Below, piece by piece: positions 56,683-64,000 of a stretch of DNA of 64,000 bases. How positions within the stretch are numbered: position 1 is the first letter of the stretch; every line of letters starts with the position of its first letter. The stretch comes from Mesotaenium endlicherianum. Lineage: Eukaryota. The DNA lies in assembly GCA_009602735.1 (NCBI GenBank), contig WELA01001569.1, positions 1 through 64,000 of the forward strand, in the 5' to 3' direction. Under the pieces are notes generated by a model that was given only the letters and a program-made list of their open reading frames with translations, had not been told where the DNA came from and ran no database searches. A program made the translations under genes and the position numbers.

Positions 56683-59600
56683 TCAATTTTTCCTCTTTCT
56701 TGTTCTTGCAGGCTGCCTCCAAGGGGTCTTCTGCTGCTTCTTGATGGTGGCAGGCTGCCTCCCTGAAGTCTTCGGGCTTCTAGTAGAGAGACTTGGGGCT
56801 GGTCCAAGATGGGGGTTGGCGGCATGGAAGCGCTTCAACTTTCTCTGAACTTTGTCAAGGTAGTGCGCCGCCACCCAACTATTCTCCGAATCTGGATATC
56901 CTTTCCACTTGATCAAGTATTGCTGCTGTCTCCTGAAATTTCTCATAGCCACTATGTCTTCCACTTCGTACTCCAAATGATCATCCACTATTGTTGGGGC
57001 TGGTGGGGTTGTCACACGTCCTGGGAACTTGTTGTCGGGTTGCACATATGGCTTGAAGAGGGAAGCGTGGAATACGGGGTCGATGTGCATAGTCTGGGGA
57101 AGTTCTAGCTTGAAAGCAACGGGGTTGACTTGCTGGATAATCTTGAAGGGTCCCAAATACTTGGGAGAGAACTTGCTGCCGGCAGGCCTGTTGTTCAGGG
57201 AAATGTTCTTGGATGATAGTAACACGTTGTCACCCACTCTGTACGTAATTTCTCTTCTGGATCTGTTCGCCACTCTTGCTTGAGCATCTTGCGCGTGTTG
57301 TAGAGCTTTCTTCGCTGCTGTAAGGGCTGCTTCTAATGTCTCCATAAAATCTGTGGCTGCAGGTACTTCATCATGGCCAGCCGTGAAGCTCAGTGGCGTG
57401 GTCGGATGGAAGCCATAGTTGAGGAAGAATGGGGACTCTTGGGTAGAGGCCTGCGTAGTGTTGTTGTAGGCAAACTCGAGGGGGGTCAAGTACATGTCCC
57501 AGTCTTGCTCGAGGGTAGACACGTAGGCCTTTAGAGAGGTCTTTAGGGTACGATTCATACGCTCGGTTTGCCCATCTGATTGTGGGTGGTAGGCAGTAGA
57601 CATATCCAGCGATGTACCCAAGTTCTTGAAGAGATTTTTCCAGAAATGGCTTGTGAATCTTGGATCTCTATCTGACACAATTCTTGATGGTAGTCCATGG
57701 AGTCGGAAGATGTTGTCAAAGATGAGTCTTGCAAGTTGTGGTGCTGTAGCCTTAGTCGTCGTGGGAATAAAATGAGCCATCTTGGTAAGTCTGTCCACCA
57801 CCGTGAGTATTGCATTATGGCCTCGAGGTGTCACGGGCAAGTCCACGATAAGGTCCATTGAGATGTCCGTCCATTGTCTTTCGGGGATTGGTAGTGGTTG
57901 GAGGAGTCCTCCCGCCTTTTGCGATGATGGCTTGATTCTTTGGCATGTGTCACAGCTCCTGCAGTACTCCTTGACTTGCTTAGACATGCCTGGCCAACAA
58001 TAAGTCCTAGCTAGAACGCCCGTGGTCCTTAGGATTCCAAAGTGTCCTCCAAGAGGGTTGTCGTGTGCTTCTCGTAGAAGCAAGAGCCGGAGGTCTATGT
58101 CATTAGGAACACATCTCTGGCCCGTATCTTGCCTCACCCAATAATTGCCTTCTTGCTTCTTGCATGGGTCCAAGGCTGCTTCTCCGTTCTTGTAGTAAGG
58201 GTCTCTTTCATAGGCGGCTGAAAATCGAGCTTCCAGATCTGTCTTCAGGGATACCATCACTGCATTTAATTGCAGTCTTGAGAGGGGGTCAGCCGGGTTT
58301 GTCTTGCCGGGCTGGTACTGAATCGTGATGTTGTATTGTTGCAAGTATCCGCTCCATCTTGCTTGTCTCCTTGAGAGATACGGCTGCGTTTGGAGGTGCT
58401 TTAACGCCTCGTGGTCCGTGGTGACCAGTACTTTGCGTCCTTCAACGTAGCAGCGCCAAACCTTCAAGGCATGTACAATCGCCAATGCCTCTCGCTCCGT
58501 GGTTGTATAATTTTGCTCGGCTGGATTTAGCTTCCTTGACTCGTAGGCGATGGGCTGCAGTCCCTTGCCTTGGTCTTGAAGCAGGATTGCTCCTATTGCA
58601 TAGGAAGATGCATCGGTGATGACGTGGAAGGGCCAATCTGGGTTTGGACTTGGGAGTGTGAGCACCGGGGATGTGGTCAATCTTCGCTTTAACTCTTGAA
58701 ATGCCTCTTCCTCTTTCTCGGTCCATGTATATAGCCTGTCCTTCTTGAGTAGATCTGTCAGGGGGGCTGCTTATGTGCGAGAAGCCTTGGAAGAATTTTC
58801 TGTACCAATTGGCAAATCCCAAGAATGACTGGAGTTCTTTCTTGGTCGTGGGGGTTGGCCATTCCTCCACCACCGTGGTCTTCTTGGGGTCTATCTTGAT
58901 GCCATCAGCAGTCACGTGGAGACCTAGGAACTCCACTTCTTGTTTGGCAAACTCGCATTTTGACTCCTTCGCAAACAGCTTGTTTTGCTTCAATACTTCA
59001 AGGACTTCTTTCAAGTGTCTCGCATGCTCTTCAAGGGTCTTGCTGTAGATAAGGATGTCATCGATGAATACCACCACAAATCTGTCCAACATGGGCTGAA
59101 ATATGGTGTTCATCATAGTCATGAAAGTTGCTGGCGCGTTGGTGAGTCCAAATGGCAGGACCATGAACTCAAAATGTCCATATCTTGTCCTGAATGCCGT
59201 CTTCTCTATGTCCGGTTCTGCGATGCGAATCTGGTGGTAGCCGCTCCGTAAGTCAATCTTCGTGAAGTACTTGGCTCCAACCAGCCGGTCCATGAGCTCA
59301 TCCATGCGCGGCAGCGGGTATCGATTCTTGATGGTGATCTTGTTGAGGGCGCGATAGTCCACACACATCCTCAAGGTACCATCTTTCTTCTTGACAAATA
59401 GCACCGGGGCTCCAAATGGCGACTTGCTAGGTCGAATGAAGCCATGCTCCAGTAGCTCCTTGATTTGCTTCTTGACTTCGTCTAGCTCCGTGTATGACAT
59501 TTTGAACGTAGGCCGAGAGATGGGCTTGCTTCCGGGCTCCAACTCTATCTTGTGGTCTACGAATCTTTTGGGGGGTAGGCCCTTGGGCAATTCCGGGGAG

Positions 59601-60292
59601 AACACTTCTTTGTAGTCCTCAAAGACTTCTTGTATCTCCTTGGGAACGGGGCTGCCTTCTTGACTCTCGATGTCTTTCTTGATGTCTTTTGGCGTGATCA
59701 AGGCCAAAAGAAGCTCGTGTCCCTTCCTCACAAGTCTCTTGAGTTGGAGGGCGGACAATAGTATCTCGTGTGCCGGCTTCTGGATGTCTTGGGTCTGGAT
59801 ATTCTGGATTGCGCGCAAAATACAGATTCTTGAAGTGATGTCATTCTTGATCTTGATAGTACCGGTCCTCCAATCAACTTGGGGGTTGTGCTTGGTCAAC
59901 CAAGGCGTCCCTAGGATGACGTCGTACTTGCCCAATTGCATGGGGGAGAACACTACTCTATCCTTGAAGGACTTGATAGAGAGTGCCAAGGGGTACGTCT
60001 TCTTGGAAGGGGTAGTATAGGAGAATCCATCGGGCATCATAATCTCCTCGTCGTGGTCAAGAGTTCGCATAGTAATACCGTGCTTGGTGGCAAAATCTGC
60101 AGCAATGAAGTTGCCTTGAGCTCCGCTATCCACCAAGATGTGGACCTTCTCTCCTCCAAGGTAACCTCTCAAACTCATTGGGGCTGGAACGTCGTCTTCA
60201 ACGGGGGTCTCCACCTCACTTGGCGTGTTGCCTTCTCGTGAAGTGGGTCTTGGGGTGGTAGGCTCCTGGCCTACCGGCGCTGTCCGTTTTTT
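56683..60292 (-). pseudogene. pol: B2 Pol with a single-base frameshift near 58771
   Basis: Near-identical to B1 pol but reads ggggggctgcttatgtg where B1 reads ggggggctgctatgtg, which splits the ORF in two. Confidence 0.88.
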
Positions 60293-61551
60293 GACAACTT
60301 TTTGGGGCATGAAAGTGCACGATGGCCCTTTTCCTTGCAATAGAAGCATAGTCCAGCCGTCATGAGAGCTTCTTTTTCAGCCGGGGAGAGTCTTGCTTTC
60401 ACTCCTTGCTGGTTTCTTGCATCATAAGTGTCATTGGAGGGTCTTCCACTCTTCCGGGCAGCCGCGGGGTCCCTTTTAATAACTCCGATTTCCATGGGTG
60501 TGGGTCCAGATTCGGATGTGGAAGGGGCTGCGTACACCCGCGTCGTCGGTACCCGTGAAGATGAAGGCACGGAGTGCTTGAAATCCAAGGTATCCACCTT
60601 TTGGGCCACTTCAATGATCTTTGAGAAGTCCGTCAAGTCGCGTAACTCCACTTCCTTTGCCACCTTGGGTTTGAGGCCAAAGATGTAACGGTCAATCTTC
60701 TCCTCGAGAGACATGTTGGGGATCTCAAGAGTGAGGGCGTGAAATCTGGATGTATACTCTTGAACGGACGTCGTTTGCTTGAGATGGTGGAGCTTTCCTC
60801 GGGCAATCTTCTCCGCATTGATGGGCATGAATTGCTTCTTGAGGGCCTCACGAAAATCTGCCCATCTTGCATATGATGGTGGGGGCTCTTGGCCGAGCAT
60901 GGGGTGCGCCATAGCTTGATATATAGCCGCTTGATAGTTACGCCACCATGATGTTGCTGCTCCTCTAAGTAAGGTAACGGCAAAGGGAACGTAGTCCTCC
61001 TCGGGTACTTCAAGGAACGCGAGGTACGTCTCCACTTGGTAGAGCCATAAATTCAGGTTGGCACCTTTCCCGGGGTTGAAAGTGTCGGGTTTGCCGGGCT
61101 TGATGAGTTTCCTTGCTCTCGTTGGCTCTTGTGGAGGCGCTTGAGCCGGGGCTGGATTTTGAGCATTGCTCGCAATAGGGGCAACCATGGCAGCCATAGC
61201 TTCTCTTGACGCTTGCACGGTTGCTTCATAGGTGGCCAAGCCCACTTGGTTGTGGACGGTCATTAGGAAGGCTGCCCACTCATTTGCGGGAACTCCTTGT
61301 GGTGGGGTCAACTTTGCTATAGCGGCTGCCACGGGATTTGACGGTGCTCCTCCTTGTGGTGCTTCTTGTTGTTGCAGATTTCCTTGAGTAGGCTCTCCCA
61401 TCGACGCTGGAGGAGGGTGTGCTCCTCCTTGTGGTGCTTCTTGTTGTTGCAGATTTTCTTGAGTGGGCTCTCCCATCGGCGCTGGAGGAGGGTGTCTTGG
61501 AGAGGAAGGGCTTCCTTCGAAAGCTTGCTGTTGGTCTTGAGGATCGGCCAT
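60271..61551 (-). CDS. gag: B2 Gag, 426 aa, same translation as B1 Gag
   Basis: The ORF-track translation matches that of 54093-55373. Confidence 0.95.
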   Translation of the reverse strand: MADPQDQQQAFEGSPSSPRHPPPAPMGEPTQENLQQQEAPQGGAHPPPASMGEPTQGNLQQQEAPQGGAPSNPVAAAIAKLTPPQGVPANEWAAFLMTVHNQVGLATYEATVQASREAMAAMVAPIASNAQNPAPAQAPPQEPTRARKLIKPGKPDTFNPGKGANLNLWLYQVETYLAFLEVPEEDYVPFAVTLLRGAATSWWRNYQAAIYQAMAHPMLGQEPPPSYARWADFREALKKQFMPINAEKIARGKLHHLKQTTSVQEYTSRFHALTLEIPNMSLEEKIDRYIFGLKPKVAKEVELRDLTDFSKIIEVAQKVDTLDFKHSVPSSSRVPTTRVYAAPSTSESGPTPMEIGVIKRDPAAARKSGRPSNDTYDARNQQGVKARLSPAEKEALMTAGLCFYCKEKGHRALSCPKKLSKNGQRR

Positions 61552-62782
61552 CTTCTTGTGCTACCAAAGTGCCTAGCTCCGATACCACTGTAGTGAAACA
61601 GATAGATAAAGTACTTAGTAAAACAGAATACTTTATCTATTCAAGACAAGGATCTTTGAACACAAGTGGTAGCTTCTTGAAAGAGAGATGGCTTCTTGAA
61701 AGTTAATATATTTCTGGATTTTGGCAAGTACAAGAGTGATTCTGGAATGTCTTTCTATGTTCTAGCTCTTGTTTATATACTTGCTACATAAGTAATTTCT
61801 AGGAAGGTGTATGTTGATGTGTTGGCACCCAACACATCCCAAAACTTGCCACCTCTTTCTAGAATAATGTACACATGTCCTTTTGACCTAAAAATGGCAC
61901 ATCTGACTTTTGCCACATGGAGTTCTTCTAGGTCTTTCCTCTAACTTCGAAAATGCCTTGGAAGGTTCAAAGGACATGAACCAAGTTACTAGAGTACCTA
62001 TTCACACTTGACTCCACACAATACTACTCCAAATATATTTGAAAACATTAAAATATATGCAAACTAATATATAATAACTTAAATCACTACAGTGAGAGCT
62101 GGTTGAAGGAGAACGTTGTTTGAGTGTTGATCATGGTTGCATGGTGCAAGTTCAGGAGCCCAGGGATGGGTTAACCCTGGTAAGGCTTGTCATCGACACC
62201 CGTGCGAAGGTCGATCGACCATGTTTGCCCACACGTGAGGAGGGCCACCGGCACATCAACCAGGTCGAAGGCACACGTGCTGGAAGGCTACGCACGTGCC
62301 GAGGGACCGACACTGTTAGGCACGACAATTATCCGAAATAATGACAATCATATCAACTTATTCAATCCAAGATTTATTAAGTTATCATCTCCTAATTGAT
62401 CAAAGTAACTTTATGAATAATTATGTCGTACTTTCGCGAAGTAGTCGAATTACGTTACGACGCTTCTTGCAATAGTATCTCGGTCGTTTCGCCAATCGAC
62501 CATGAATTAATCGGCACACGCGTGTGGCGATTTATTGAATATGATGCAATCATTTATCAAATAATATGATAAATAGAATAACGTACTTTAGGTAATTGGG
62601 AAAACGTCCCAAATACGCCTAAAATAGCTCGGATCGTTACACTCCTCCCCTCTTAAAAGAAGTTAACGTCCTCGTTAAGCGTACGTCTTTCAAGTCGTAA
62701 ATGTGTAAATACTAGCCTTGGCTAGCGGAAAACACTGGTGAGCGATTGGACTATGCATCATGACAGTGACGGAAAAGAGCGA

Positions 62783-64000
62783 TTAGTTGGCCGCGTCTCT
62801 TTTGCGTTTGTTCCTTGGCTTACGAATTGCACCGGGTAGCACACTTGCCGTGGTACAGAGCTGTTGAGCGGAAGCCCATCGTAACCAATATGGTTGAACC
62901 AGGTCCTTACAATTAAGTAGGATATCATCCTGAGGTTTGTACGAGTTCCAAATGGATTCGTAATCAAGCCACTTTATCAAAAGCTCCACGCGTGGAGGCT
63001 TATGACGAGTGTAGCGGTGTCCTAAGACCTCCTCTACATCCCAGGCCTTATCATCATCGACGAGTTCCAATTCGGGTGCTCGTGGATGATAGCGGCCATC
63101 GGACCTAAACAGCTTCAGTAAACTGACATGGAACACAGGATGCGTTTCCCCCATGGATTTAGGCAAATCCAGTCGGTATGCAACCTTTGCAATAACGATA
63201 AAAGGGCCTACCCACCGTGGCAGAAGCTTGCGCTTTCCTGGGTGCTTGAGTTGGAGGTTCTTAGTTTGCAAAAGTACTTTATTGCCAACTTGAAAATTGA
63301 ACTCAGTCCTGCGTGTGTCAGCAAACGTTTTTTGCCGATCTCAAGCAGCGGCTAAAGCCAGCTTCGCGTTTTTGTGCACCTCTTGCAGAGAATGGACAAA
63401 TAGGCGTACACTTGGCACTCTCATGGTTGACAGCCCCGCCTCAGCGTAAACGACGCGCGTGAGAGGAGTGTGCGGATGTCGCCCATAGTTGAGGAAAAAT
63501 GGAGTTTCCTTCACACTTTCCTGATAAGCATCATTAAGTGCGAACTCTGCAACTGAAAGGAGGGTGTCCCAGTCGTCTTGGCGAGGATTCACATAATGCC
63601 TAAGGAACTGTTGCAAAATGCAATTCATTCGTTCTGTCTGACCATCGGTCTGAGGATGGAAGCTAGTTGACATCTTAAGTTTCGTGCCGAAGTGCGAGCA
63701 AACTTCCTGCCAGAAGTGGCTCGTAAATCTAGTGTCACGATCACTTATGATCTCGTTCGGCATGCCATGCTACTTGAACACATGATCTACGAAGAGACGC
63801 GCGGTCACGACGGCATCAAGTGATGGTTTAGTGGCCACAAAGTGTACCATCTTAGTAAAACGATCTACGACCGTTAACACCCCATTGTGTCCTCTATCGG
63901 TGGTAGGCAATTCCACGACAAAGTCGAGGCTAATGCTTTCCCAAGGAGCACATGCAAGTTCCAATGGTTGCAACTTCCCAGCTGGCAACGTGTTGCTCGG
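62783..64000 (-). pseudogene. pol: Element D integrase-chromodomain region with in-frame stops
   Basis: Three same-frame fragments (WESISLDFV; SDRD...[16 protein letters not shown]...HPVFHVS...WDVEEVL...LIKWLDY) separated by stops at 63770 and 63341. Confidence 0.9.

Larger units (their letters stand above)
49134..62091 (-). mobile_element. Tandem array of chromovirus-type Ty3/gypsy family B (LTR pieces - B1 - shared LTR - B2 - LTR)
   Basis: Complete 503-bp LTRs at 55411-55913 and 61589-62091 with an 8-bp terminal inverted repeat tgtagtga/tcactaca. Partial LTRs at 49134-49564, 49864-50176 and 50177-50227. PBS at 55398-55409 and 61576-61587. Outer flanks gtggg/gtgag match 4 of 5. Confidence 0.93.
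47806..62327 (+). mobile_element. Solo LTR, family C (47806-49133 + 62092-62327), split by the B array
   Basis: Termini tgtcgcg...cacgaca, 4-bp TSD atta on both sides (47802-47805; 62328-62331). Both halves match the reverse complement of 960-2485. Confidence 0.8.
47195..64000 (-). mobile_element. Ty3/gypsy element D, 3' end; its 3' LTR (47195-47805 + 62332-62641) is split by solo LTR C
   Basis: The minus-strand PPT aagaggggaggag (62642-62654) abuts tgtaacg at 62641. The matching terminus tgtgacg at 47195 falls exactly where A1 pol stops. Integrase and chromodomain sequence lies to the right. Confidence 0.72.

Overview
Eukaryotic genomic DNA with GT-AG introns. A green plant or streptophyte alga is inferred from the RUNKEL, PSF2 and TBCC sequences and the plant-type iMet-primed retroelements. 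Bases ~3.9-33 kb form a five-gene island: (1) a 12-exon gene (+) for a single-pass membrane protein with a Venus-flytrap/ANF-receptor ectodomain and a very short cytoplasmic tail; (2) a CMC1-like twin-CX9C protein (-); (3) intronless tubulin-folding cofactor C (+); (4) GINS subunit PSF2 (-); (5) RUNKEL/ULK4 kinase-HEAT protein (+). Bases ~35-64 kb are a nest of LTR retroelements, named A-D here. A, B and D are chromodomain-bearing Ty3/gypsy elements, while C is seen only as solo LTRs. A decayed element A1 contains a young intact relative A2 and, ~190 bp further on, an opposite-strand element D. The LTR of D contains a solo LTR C, which in turn contains a tandem array of B elements. The two most interesting signals are a third ~558-aa ORF of unknown function in A2 with apparent splice signals and a relic second polypurine tract, and the stand-alone Venus-flytrap receptor-like gene. 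Also visible are -1 frameshift cassettes, a shared non-canonical PBS (TGGTATCGGAGC) and complementary defects in the two tandem B copies. Four N-gaps limit certainty. Exon models and alignments were read by eye and no database searches were run.
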